Source: Ranitomeya imitator (taxonomy: Eukaryota). From it: a DNA stretch of 64,000 bases. Below the pieces are notes generated by a model. That model did not search any database, had not been told where the DNA came from, and saw nothing but the letters and a program-made list of their open reading frames with translations. Shown here one piece after another: positions 13,062 through 24,324 of this stretch (positions within the stretch are counted from its first letter, which is position 1; every line of letters begins with the position of its first letter). The stretch spans positions 498,852,001 to 498,916,000 of the forward strand of contig NC_091283.1 of the NCBI RefSeq assembly GCF_032444005.1, written 5' to 3'. The position numbers and the translations under genes are program-made.

Positions 13062-14147
13062 CTAGATGATTGCCCGATTCTAACGCATCAGGTATTCTAG
13101 AATATGCATGTCCACGTAGTATATTGCCCAGCCACGTAGTATATTGCTCAACCACGTAGTATATTGCCCAGTCACATAGTATATTGCCCAGCCACGTGGT
13201 ATATTGCCCAGCCACGTAGTATATTGCCCAGTCACGTAGTATATTGCCCAGCCACGTAGTATGTTGCCCAGCCACGTAGTATATTGCCCAGCCACGTAGT
13301 ATATTGCCCAGTTACGTAGTATATTGCCCAGTGACGTAGTATACAGCACAGAACCACGTAGTATATTGCCCAGCCACGTAGTATATTGGCCAGTCACGTA
13401 GTATATTGCCCAGCTACGTATGTCACAGGTTAAAAAATAAAAAATAAACATATACTCACCTTCCGAGGGAGCCCTTGTAGTCATGTCGCCTGTGTGCGGT
13501 GCACTCGGCAGCTTCTGGTCCTAGGGTTGGTAGCGCAGGACCCGTGATGACGTCGCGGTCAAATGACCGTGACGTCATAGCAGGTCCTTCTTGCACAGGC
13601 GCGCAGGACCTGTGATGAGGTCGCGGTCACATGACCGTGATGTCATGGCAGGTCCTTGTTGCATACCATCCTTGCCACCGGAACCTGCCGCTTGCATGGA
13701 ACGGTTACCAGAGCGTCGCAAGGAGCGGGAAAGGCGGCAAAAGGTGAGTATATAATGATTTTTTATTTTTTTATTATTTTTAACATTAGATCCTTTTACT
13801 ATTGACGCTGCATAGGCAGCATCAATAGTAAAAACTTGGTCACACATGGTTAATAGCGGCGGTGACGGAGTGAGTTACCCGCGGCATAACGCGGTCCGTT
13901 ACCACTGGCATTAACCCTGTGTGAGCGGTGACTGCGGGGAGTATGGAGCGGGTGTCGGGCACTGACTGCAGGGGAGTAGGGAGGGACTAATCGGACTGTG
14001 GCCGTCGTGATTGGTCTCGGCAGCCATGACAGGTAGCTGGCAAGACCAATCAGCGACTTGGATTCCATGACCGACAGAGGCCGCGACCAATGAATATCCG
14101 GGACAGACAGACAGACGGAAGTGACCCTTAGACAATTATATAGTAGA
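13062..14147 (-). mobile_element. Non-autonomous Helitron carrying a 20-bp minisatellite
   Basis: The minus strand starts A|TCTACTATATAA and ends ...CATCTAG|T (AT target, no TSD). Subterminal hairpin CCTGAT-gcgttaga-ATCGGG just upstream of CTAG. Confidence 0.8.
13112..13420. repeat. 20-bp minisatellite (CCACGTAGTATATTGCCCAG)n
   Basis: About 15 tandem copies with period 20. Confidence 0.95.
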
Positions 14148-14699
14148 TAATGGTTTCTTTTATTACTGGACATTTTATACCCAAGGGTATAAGTTTTCTA
14201 CAACGGATTCTAGTAGTATTTCCTTAAACATGCCCCATTTATGGTCGGTATCCCCAGCAGGGCCGTATTTGCCACTAGGCACTTGAGGGCACGTGCCTAG
14301 GGCGGGGACAATGCGGGGGGGCGGCACCTGAGCAAGGTTTTTTTTTTTTTTAAAAGTCCTGGGTCACCTCCCGACCTACCGCCCCCCTCCCCTCGCCTCC
14401 CCCTCCCCCCGCCTGCCTGCCTGTCTCCCACCCTCCTTGAAGAAGATACTCACCCTGCTCCAGCGATGCCTGGTCTCAGCGTCTGTAGCGCGTCCTGAGT
14501 GCGCATATTCATGACCTTAATGAGCGGTACCATATGACCGCTCACTCAGGAAGAAGGTGCTGAGCTGGGAGTCGGGACAGAGCCAGAGGGATGTCGGCGC
14601 GGCCGCGCGGTGTCGGACAGGTGAGTATGAGGGACAGGGGGAAGAAAGAGGATGGGGAGCCCAGAGCAGAGCCATGGGAGAAGGAGCGGGGGGTGGAGA

Positions 14700-15150
14700 G
14701 ATGAGCCATGCATACGGGGGATTATGAGCCATGCATACAAGAGGTGGGGGGGGGGAATTATGAGCCATGCATACAGGAGGGGGGGATATGAGCCATGCAT
14801 ACAGGGGGGGAATTATGAGCCATGCATACAGGGGGGAATTATGAGCCATGCATACAGGAGGGGGACGGTGGTGGAATATTAGCCATGCATACAGGAGGGG
14901 GACGGTGGAGGAATATGAGCCATGCATACAGGAGGTGGGGGGGGGGAATTATGAGCCATGCATACAAGAGGGGGGGGTGGAATATGAGCCATGCATACAG
15001 GAGGGGGGGATTATGAGCCATGCATACAGGAGGGGGGATATGAGCCATGCATACAGGAGGGGGGGAATATGAGCCATGCATACAGGAGGAGGGGGGGAAT
15101 ATGAGCCATGCATATGGGATGGGAGGGAGATGAGCCATGCATACAAGATG
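14700..15150. repeat. ~27-35 bp G-rich minisatellite (GAGCCATGCATACAGGAGGGGGGAATTAT)n
   Basis: Tandem copies with a variable G-run. Confidence 0.9.
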
Positions 15151-15169
15151 GGAGGGGGGCATTATAGAG

Positions 15170-15545
15170 TATTGAGCATCATGTGGGATCATTATACAGT
15201 ATGGAGCATCATATGTGGCCATTATACAGTATATAGCATCATGTGTGGCCATTATACAGTATTGAGCATCATGTGTGGCCATTATAACGTATGGAGCATC
15301 ATGTGTGGCCGTTATACAGTATGGAGCATCATGTGAGGCCATTATACAGTATTGAGCATCATGTGGGGCCATTATACAGTATTGAACATCATGTGGGGTC
15401 ATTATACAGTATGGCGCATCATGTGTGGCCATTTTACAGTATGGAGCATCATGTGTGGCCATTATACAGTATAGAGCATTATGTGTGGCCATTATACAGT
15501 ATGGAGCATCATGTGTGGCCATTATATAGTATGGAGCACTGTGTG
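15170..15545. repeat. 30-bp minisatellite (CCATTATACAGTATGGAGCATCATGTGTGG)n
   Basis: About 12 copies with period 30. Confidence 0.9.
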
Positions 15546-16429
15546 GCTATATTTATTATTGTTTATAATTATTGTATATGAAACAGTGTGATCAGCAGTG
15601 CTAAATGGGTGTGGTTGGGATGTGGATATGGGTGTGACTAGTTGTGAAATGGGTGTGGTCAGAGGTGTGGCCTAAAATTTGCCGCGACGCACTATGTGCG
15701 CCGAAAACTTTATACCTCTTTCCCTTCTTCAAAAGTTGGGAGGTATGGTACCACATTTGCCAGTTCACGGCAAGTGCCACAAATCCCATAGGGAATGAAT
15801 GAGTCCGAATGCAGTGTGGCTGTAAGTGATCCGTTACACGGCAGATGCAGAAAAACTGCCGGATCTGCTGCAAAAGGCGACTTTCACATCAGCGATTCTT
15901 GCCAAAGTCTGTGCCGATAGTGTCATACTCACCAATGGGGGAAGCAGCACTAAAAGTGCCTAGGGCCGCAGAAACTCTAAATACGGCCCTGATCCCCACT
16001 TACCATGAGATGGTCCCAGCCTACACGATTAAGATCTTCCCTTAATTTCTTGAAATCAACTTTCCCAAAGTTCAAGGTTTTTGCATTTCTCCTTTTTAAT
16101 CTTTTATTGAATATTACATTGAAACTTACCATATTACAGTAACTGCTTCTCAAATGCTACGTGACCTGTAGATCAGAAATTATGGCGGATTGACACCGGT
16201 CGGTCTGGGACGTGAATATGAGTATTTTTTTATTTGGTACCCCACATTGGACTTATTCACAACGTGCCCATACAAATTAAATGAAAGTCAGCTGAACCTG
16301 ACAATTTTTGCAGGAGACTGAAGAAGAGGGTAGATAAGGATCAGGTAGTTGGAATTTCAACCCTGATCCTTTTTGTTTTCAGCCCTCAGGTGAGCGCTCA
16401 TGTGTCTAGGGGAGTTATCTGCTGATTTA

Positions 16430-16793
16430 GGGTAAGTGCACACGTTGCAGATTTGACTGCGGATCCGCAGCAGTTTTCCATGCGTCGTACAGTACCATGT
16501 AAACCTATGGAAAACCAAATCCGCTGTGCTCATGCTGCGGAAAACTCAGCGCAGAAACACAGCAGTTTATTTTCCGCAGCATGTCAGTTCTGTGTGCGGA
16601 ATCCGCAGCATTTTATTCCATAATAGGAATCCGCAGGTGTAAAACCGCAGGTGAAATCCGCACAAAATCTGCACAAAACCTGCAGTAAACCTGCAGGGAA
16701 TGCGCAGGTAAAACTCAAGTCAATTTACCTGCGGATTCTGCAGAATCCGCGTGGAAAAATCGGCAATGGAATCCGCAACGTGTGCACATACCC
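16430..16793. mobile_element. Harbinger/Tourist-like MITE
   Basis: GGGTAAGTGCACACGTTGC ... GCAACGTGTGCACATACCC, TTA TSD. Confidence 0.8.
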
Positions 16794-16813
16794 TTAAGGT
16801 TTCAGGTATCTAA

Positions 16814-17134
16814 GGCTAGGGTCACATTGCGTTAGGGCAGTCCGTTTAGCGCATAGTGCTACGGACTGCGCTAATGCAATGTCCCAAAAGGGATCGCGTT
16901 TGCCAATCCCGATCTGCGCTAGTGAGGAACGGACCGCGAACGCTGCAAGCAGCGTTCGCGGTCCGTCACTCAAATGACGGCACATCGCTAGCGCACGCCC
17001 AATGTGGGCGTGCACTAGCGATGCGTTCACCATTACAAACAATGGCGGCATTAACGGACTACGTTACACGGCGTTATGCCGCGGTGTAACGTAGTCCGTT
17101 AAACGGGTTCACATAACGCAATGTGACCCTAGCC
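16814..17134. mobile_element. Harbinger/Tourist-like palindromic MITE
   Basis: GGCTAGGGTCACATTGCGTTA ... TAACGCAATGTGACCCTAGCC, TAA TSD. Same family as 45759-46116. Confidence 0.85.
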
Positions 17135-17439
17135 TAATGTGTATCGAACCTACAAAAAGAAGAAAATGGCAAGGCGCTCCATAGTGCCGAAATCCTAATA
17201 AAGTGGAGGTGGTAGGGGCAGACAGGGCATATGGTAGCACGCTCACCTTGGAGGGATGTGCAAAGGCAAATATGGGATGTATCAGCTACAGCTTGTCCCA
17301 AGTGATGGTCTGGTGCAGGAACCACCAGGTATCAGATTAATAGTTTAAAAATTAAAATAAAAAAGGGGTGAGCTAAGCGCTGCTGAGTGTGACTGACAGG
17401 CCGCTAATATCCAGATAAGAATTTATTAAACGATTACAG

Positions 17440-17480
17440 GGCTACGCGTTTCAACATCCGACGGATGTCTTTCTCAGGCC
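17440..17480 (-). ncRNA. Degenerate minimal type I hammerhead ribozyme motif (Penelope-like/retrozyme fragment)
   Basis: Minus strand GGC-CTGAGAA-A-GACATCC-gtc-GGATGTT-GAAA-CGCG-TA-GCC. Stems I, II and III are present, but the core G8 is changed to A. Confidence 0.5.
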
Positions 17481-18089
17481 AGGTCTAATATATGTTTCCA
17501 CCTTAGTTTTTAAAGTAGTGGACACCCCCTTTAATATAGTGGTAAAATTGTCGCCATGTAGCCAAGAGCCACGTTGTCATGTGACACTGAAATCACAGCA
17601 ACACATTGCAAAATTGGATGCAATGGTCTCCTATGGTGTCACAATGTGACCTGCGTCATGCTGCACCTGCGGCACAGAGGGACAAATGTCTCCAAATGTG
17701 TTGGATTTTCTGTCGCAGGACGACAGTTGCATTACAAATTGCGCTTCGGGTGGCGGGGGACTACAGTAACTGTGATAGAGGCCCATAAAATAAATTAATT
17801 AGTAACATTTTTACATACGGTAATTACAAAACAGTTATATAGCTCCAATCAGCCTTGACAGCTGCTGCAGAACCTCTTGTGACACAAGATTAATACAATG
17901 ATTTTGAAATAAATCATTTTCTTTGGCAAATACGCTGAAGTTTTGAGGGCTTCAAATCTAGTTTTGCAGGAATTTCTGGGAATCTTGACATCACGTCACG
18001 CCCGTATAACTACAGGAATGCTCTTTTGTGTACATGTTGTCATGCAGGTCGTCTGTGCTGTTGAGAAGTCTCCCATCCCCCTCACTGGG

Positions 18090-18096
18090 TATATAA
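18090..18096 (+). promoter_or_regulatory. TATA box of the keratin gene
   Basis: TATATAA lies 85 nt upstream of the ATG at 18175. Confidence 0.75.
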
Positions 18097-18174
18097 GTCA
18101 GGGTAGAGGGGCCAGTGATTCAGCTCATTTTCCTGCACATTCTCTACAAGTCCAGTATCTTAAAAAGAAAGAAA

Positions 18175-21100
18175 ATGATGAGTTTCTCCAGCCATAATAT
18201 CTCCCAGTCTGGCCGATTTAGTGGTGCTGGCATACAGAGGGCACGCAGTGTGGCGGGAGGTGCTGGTAGCATTAGGATGTCCTCTGCAAGTGCCACTATG
18301 GCTAGTATGGGGGGCCCAGTGTTTAGTGGGGGTCTAGATGCTGGTTCCTTTGGTAACAATAGCAAGGAGACCATGAACAACTTGAACGACCGTCTGGCTA
18401 CATACCTGGAACGGGTAAGTACAACGGTGTACGGTGGGAGTCCATTCTGCTGATGTTGGGTGTGGCCTGCATATGAGGTGTCCATAATATATTATTATTA
18501 TTTATTATTATAGCGCCATTTATTCCATGGCGCTTTACATGTGAAAAGGGGTCTACATAATAAAAACAAGTACAATAATCTTAAACAATCCAAGTCACGA
18601 CTGGTACAGGAGGAGAGAGGACCCTGCCCGCGAGGGCTCACAATCTACAATTATTATCTATATATTTAGGATTACTGATTTTGCTCTCATTCTTATCTTT
18701 TTGTTTCTCAGGTTCGCTCTTTGGAACAAGTTAACAACGATCTGGAAGTTAAAATCCGTGAGTTCTATGAGAGAAAGTCTGCCATCAGCGCGTTTGACCC
18801 AAGTGGATTTTATGAGACCATTAGCAAATTACGGGCTCAGGTAATATTGCTTTTACCTATATAGTAATGTGTCTTCATAGATGTTGTTCTACCAAATGTT
18901 ACTACTAGGCAGCACTATCATAGTATTATTTATTATGATTTCATTCTTTAGATTGCACTATATTTTTTTTACCACTTCTTAGATTTATTTAGGCTAATTT
19001 ATCAATGTTTACCTCCTTTAATCCTAGATCCTAAATGCCACCACCGATAATGCCAGGCTGATTCTGCAGATTGATAATGCAAAACTGGCTGCTGATGACT
19101 TCAAAATTAAGTAAGAGACATTAAAGGGTTTCTTTACTTTCCTTCCCTCTCAATAGAGTACAACAGGAGGTGTAACCTGACTCCTCACTGTGCTGTCAGT
19201 CTCCCTTGTCTTGAGCTGCAGGAAGATGAGTTGGGTTTTTCAGAATGGATGGGGACTTCCAGATGCAGGTGGATGGAAAGAAGGGGCAAATAAGTCAACA
19301 AGGAAACTGATTTCTAAAATATATACGGTATATAGTTTTTAGATTTGCCTGTGCTATTGATTTATCAACAGTTGTTGAAGGTGTATTTCCCGTTTAACCA
19401 CTAATATATGTATTTCTGTGATGCTTTTAGACCAGTAGACAAGGCGCATTATCACATATTGGGGCTGTTGTTTGATGAAGATGGACAATTCTTCTAATGT
19501 CTGCCCTTTTTGTCCTTCAGATTTGAGACAGAACTGGCCATTAGGGTTGGAGTAGATGGTGATATAACTGGACTACGTAAGGCCCTTGATGAGCTGACTA
19601 TCAACCGATCTGATCTGGAGCTGGAGATTGAAAGCCTGAAAGAGGAGCTGATCTTCCTAAAGAGGAACCACGAGGAGGTATTACTATCTATGGTCAAATT
19701 CAGGATAGGTTTTCCATCAACCTTCCTTAAATTTTACTGTTAATATTTTATCAGCTTTTTTCTTGCGTGACATTTTCTTTTGGAGACATTCTGAGTAGAG
19801 TTACCTAAGCGCCTGAAAATAGTTGGTTGCACTTCTATATATATGACTTATTCTTTTATAGGAACTGTCTGTTCTTAAGGGACAGATTGGAGGAAAGGTC
19901 AATGTAGAATTAGACTCTGCTCCACCAGTTGACTTGTCCAAGATCCTTGCAGAAGTGAGAGAGCAGTATGAAGAGGTGGTGGAGAAGAACCGTCAGGAGG
20001 TGGAGACCTGGTACCGAACACAGGTAGGCTGATTTTCATTTAGATGAAATGTCAGAGGTCTCGAAGTAAACCTACCTCAGTCTCCCTGATTCCTGATACT
20101 TTTTTCCAACAGAGTGAAAACCTCAGGAAGGAAGTTGCCGTATGCAAACACAGTTTTGAGTCTTCTAAGACAGAGATCACGGAATCGAAACGTAGGTTCC
20201 AGAGCCTGGAGCTTGAGCTACAATCCCTGCTGAACATGGTGAGTCTGGAGGTCTCAATTCATACATTTATACATCCATATATGTACAACTGTCCATGAGG
20301 TTTCTGCCTGGGCAGTAGACCATTTAGTATTAAATTGCCATGTTAGATGATCCTAGTTATTCTAGAGGTTCTCTACTATGGACAATCCATACTTGTTAGA
20401 AGATTCAATGAAAACAAGCAGAACCAACCTTGTTTTTCTACTGCTCCCCCCAGCAATCAGTTGTACTCTGTAGGGCACCTAGATACGGGGTTTGATTTCC
20501 CTGCAGCGCCTCCACAGGAGAAATTTAGCATTACATATTATTCATTAAAATCAATGCACTTTCTGTTTAATACAAGGCAGCAGAGGTCCTTTAGAGACAG
20601 GGATGCTCTTTTGCCACTCTTTAGTCTGGCCAAGAAATGTGGTGTCTCAACAAGTGATGACATTCTATTTGCTACTTAATAGTGGGTTTTCTATACCAGT
20701 TACCCGTTTTAAAAGGTCTCATTTAGACAAATTACTTTGGTAGGTTTCCAGAAGCTAAAAGCCCCAACGATGTCTTAAATGACACTTGCTCCTTAAGAGC
20801 CTCCATTTTTTTGGCTGTGATTGTACAATGACAATCAACAGTCCAAAACCTGGAAGATAGGACACAGTACATGAGTCACAAACTTGTTACTAAAACTTTA
20901 AAGGGCTCAAACCCTTCCATTCAAGGCACTGGTGTTATGTTCTGGTTTTAATATTGCTTCTCTTTTTCTGTATTCCAGAAACGAGCTCTGGAGGGCACGC
21001 TTGCTGAGACAGAAGGTCGATATGGAGCAGAACTTGCCCAAATTCAGAATCTGATCTCCCAAATTGAACTTGACCTCCAGCAAGTGAGATCCGACTATGA

Positions 21101-22641
21101 GAATCATTCGGTGGAGTACACGAGACTGCTGAATATCAAAATAAGACTGGAGCAGGAAATTGCCACCTACAGGAGACTGTTAGAAGGGGAGGACATTAGG
21201 TAAGGGGTCAGGACAAGCACGGTGTATTTTTGTTATTAAAGGGAATCTGTCAGCAGGTTTTTGCTTTGTAATCTGACAGCAGCATGAGGTAGGGACAGAG
21301 ACCCTTATTCCAGTGATGTATCACTTAGTATACTGGGTGCAGCAGTTACGATACAGTCACAGTTTTCTCTTCTGCAGATCCAGCAGAGCTCAGTTGTCGA
21401 GCTGTGCATAACCCCACACACACCACAGCTTTCTGTGTACATTGAATAGTGACAGAGATCTGATAATCAGTGCTGGGGGTGAGGTTGGACTAAGCTGCAC
21501 GTGCCAAGCCGTCCTGTAGTGATTATCTCCTGCTGATAAAACGCTGGCTGTTTTCAAACAGCAACACAGAGCCCAGTAAGTGACACATCCCTGTAATCAT
21601 GGTCTCTACTCCTACATTATGGTGATCTCGGATTTCATAACAAAAGCTGCTGACAGATTCCCTTTAAGTGCCTGAATCAATTGTTGAAATAATTCAAAAA
21701 TGTTGTTTATAATTGTATATTACGACATGGCCACAAAAGAATCATTATTGATAGCTTTTTTTTTCTTTTTAAAGCATTTTAGGATCTTCACAGTTGGAAA
21801 CACAGAAAAGTAAGTATTCACTGCCATCAAGTATGATGTGTATATCATATAGGAGATGATCAGGACAACCCTTGGAGATGTCCAAACAGGCCGTATGAAT
21901 GTCATAGAGGGAGAGATCGCCTATGGTGGAGGTTGGCCCAACTAATCCAACATGGCTGTCTCTCTACTTCTATCCCCAGAGTGGTAATTTGGGCCACGTT
22001 CACACTATCAGTATTTGGTCAGTGTTTTACCTCAGTATGTTTCAGCCAAACCTAGTAGTGGAACAATCAGAGGAAAAGTATAATAGAAACATGTCACCAC
22101 TTCTGTATTTATCATCCACTCTTGGTTTTGGCTTACAAATACTGAGGTAAAATACTGAACACATGAAGGTGGCCTTAAAGTGAATCCCTGCCATATTTGA
22201 CTAGAAGTCAATGTAGTGATTGGAGCGACTCTACACACATGTAGTCAGCACGTGACTGCATACATGCAAATCGCATACTTACGGTCAAGTGACCGCCTGC
22301 TTTCACCTCCGGCATTGGAGAATCCTGACAGTGTGTGGTGCATATGCTGTTAGGATTCAAAAGTCTATAGACACGCAGACTGTAACATCCCAAACTTGGA
22401 CAACCCCTTTAAATGAAAGGATGATGATCCTGCTGTCACCCTTTGGTAATTATCATCCTGGATCATCCCATTGTGACCCTAAATTTATCTTTCTTCAGGT
22501 GTCAAAATTATCAGCAAGGAACAAGCCAAAAGTTCCAGCACAACCACAATCAAGAAGGTGAGGACAGTTGTCGAGGAAATGGTAGATGGAAAAGTGGTGT
22601 CCTCAACTAGTTTGCAAGAGACGTCTGAGGTCAAAAACTAA
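18175..22641 (+). CDS. Type I (acidic) keratin, 9 coding exons, 431 aa
   Basis: Exons are 18175-18414, 18712-18840, 19028-19110 (83 nt), 19521-19677 (157), 19862-20023 (162), 20113-20238 (126), 20979-21199 (221), 21775-21809 (35) and 22499-22641. All introns are GT-AG and the CDS is 1296 nt in frame. Motifs include [50 protein letters not shown] and the tail [17 protein letters not shown]. The 83/157/162/126/221 exon lengths are canonical for type I keratins. The exact ortholog cannot be assigned from memory. Confidence 0.96.
18490..18650 (-). mobile_element. L2-type 3' end fragment in keratin intron 1
   Basis: Reverse complement reads TGTAGATTGTGAGCCCTCGCGGGCAGGG...TGTAAAGCGCCATGGAATAAATGGCGCTATAATAATAAATAATAAT, the same type of tail as 51950-52107. 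Confidence 0.75.
21240..21663. mobile_element. Kolobok/T2-type MITE in keratin intron 7
   Basis: TTAA-AGGGAATCTGTCAGCAG ... GCTGCTGACAGATTCCCT-TTAA. Confidence 0.8.
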
Positions 22642-22684
22642 AGGCTCCAAGGATGAGAGCTTCGGTCTACATTGTGGTGTATTC

Positions 22685-22690
22685 AATAAA
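22685..22690 (+). terminator. Polyadenylation signal of the keratin gene
   Basis: AATAAA starts 44 nt after the stop codon and is followed by a GT/T-rich tract. Confidence 0.7.
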
Positions 22691-23044
22691 GTCTCTGCTC
22701 TGCATCCCTGTCTATTCTCTGTGTGTTCTTTAATAGATTGTAGATTACTGGGTCACAAATAGTTACAGAGCGTGAAACATGTTCCTCCTCTTCCTCCTGA
22801 CCATCTGTGTCAGACAGCTGCCACTCCATAGCTTTCCATGCAGGAATAATCTCCCAAGAATGTCTTCTGCCATGGCAGTAGCAGTGCATCTCATGACTAT
22901 TCGGGGGCGTGATAATCCTGCCCCCTAGGAGTAAGAGAAGGGTCTGCGCTAGACATAATGCTGACTTCACACTCTGGATAGTGCACACCTAGGAAGATAT
23001 TACTAAGAGTATACTTGACAAAATGGCCGCTCATGAATGTTTAA

Positions 23045-24324
23045 CCCCTTCATGACCGGGGGATTTTTCGTTTTTCCGTGTTCGTTTTTCGCTCCCCTCC
23101 TTCCCAGAGCCATAACTTTTTTTCGTCAATTTAGCCATGTGAGGGCTTATTTTTTGCGGGACGAGTTGTACTTTTGAACGACATCATTGGTTTTAGCATG
23201 TCGTGTACTAGAAAACGGGAAAAAAATTCCAAGTGCGGTGAAATTGCAAAAAAAGTGCAATCCCACATTGGTTTTTTGTTTGGCTTTTTTGCTAGGTTCA
23301 CTAAATGCTAAAAATGACCTGCCATTATGATTCTCCAGGTCAGTACGAGTTCATAGACACCTAACATGACTAGGTTATTTTTTATCTAAGTGGTGAAAAA
23401 AAATTCCAAACTTTGCTAAAAAAAATAAATAAATAAAATTGCGCCATTTTCCGATACTCGTAGCGTCTCCATTTTTCATGATCTGGGGTCGGTTGAGGGC
23501 TTATTTTTTGCGTGCCGAGATGACGTTTTTAATGATAGCATTTTGGTGCAGATACGTTCTTTTGATCGCCCGTTATTGCATTTTAATGCAATGTCGTGGC
23601 GACCAAAAAAACGTAATTCTGGCGTTTTGAATTTTTTCCCCGCTACGCTGTTTAGCGATCAGGTTAATACTTTTTTTTAATTGATAGATCGGGCGATTCT
23701 GAGCGCGGCGATACCAAATATGCGTAGATTTGATTTTTTTTTTATTGATTTATTTTGATTGGGGCGAAAGGGGGGTGATTTAAACTTTTATGTTTTTTTT
23801 ATTTTTTTCACATTTTTTTAAACTTTTTTTCTTAACTTTTGCCATGCTTCAATAGCCTCCATGGGAGGCTAGAAGCAGGCACAACGCGATCGGCTCTGCT
23901 ACATAGCAGCGATCTGCTGATCGCTGCTATGTAGCAGAAATGGAGGTGTGCTGTGAGCGCTGACCACAGGGCGGCGCTCACAGCCACCGCTCATCAGTAA
24001 CCATAGAGGTCTCTGGGACCTCTATGGCTACAATATACAAGCATCGCCGACCCCCGATCATGTGACGGGGGTCAGCGATGACGTCATTTCCGGCCGCCCG
24101 GCCGGATGTGGTAGTTAAATGCCGCTGTCTGCGTTTGACAGCGGCATTTAACTAGTTAATAGGTGCGGGCAGATCGCGATTCTGCCCGCACCTATTGCGG
24201 GCACATGTCAGCTGTTCAAAACAGCTGAAATGTCCCGGCTTTGATGCGGGCTCACCGCGGAGCCCTGCATCAAAGCAGGGGAGCCGGCATCGGACGGTAT
24301 AGTACGTCCGATGCCGGTAAGGGG
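23045..24324. mobile_element. Non-autonomous piggyBac-like element, 1.28 kb
   Basis: TTAA-CCCCTT ... AAGGGG-TTAA termini, no ORF. Confidence 0.75.

Larger units (their letters stand above)
14258..15991. mobile_element. hAT-like non-autonomous element carrying two minisatellites
   Basis: TIRs CAGGGCCGTATTT / AAATACGGCCCTG. 8-bp TSD ATCCCCAG / ATCCCCAC (7 of 8 match). Confidence 0.8.

Noticed and set aside
14517-15581. Repetitive ORFs such as MATHDAPYCI..., also at 26556-27191, 34512-34896, 42597-43595, 46565-47320 and 57851-58937
   Set aside because: They are translations of minisatellites whose units lack stops in some frames. No splice context or domain motifs support them.
18115-18174. 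Upstream keratin start (MIQLIF...) from the ORF track
   Set aside because: It is a GTG start only about 25 nt after the TATA box, at or before the expected TSS. ATG 18175/18178 gives a normal keratin head.
21360-21400. Strong acceptor TTTTCTCTTCTGCAG in keratin intron 7 as the missing tail exon
   Set aside because: It lies inside the TTAA-flanked MITE. The 21775-21809 exon gives the required phase with a GTAAGT donor.
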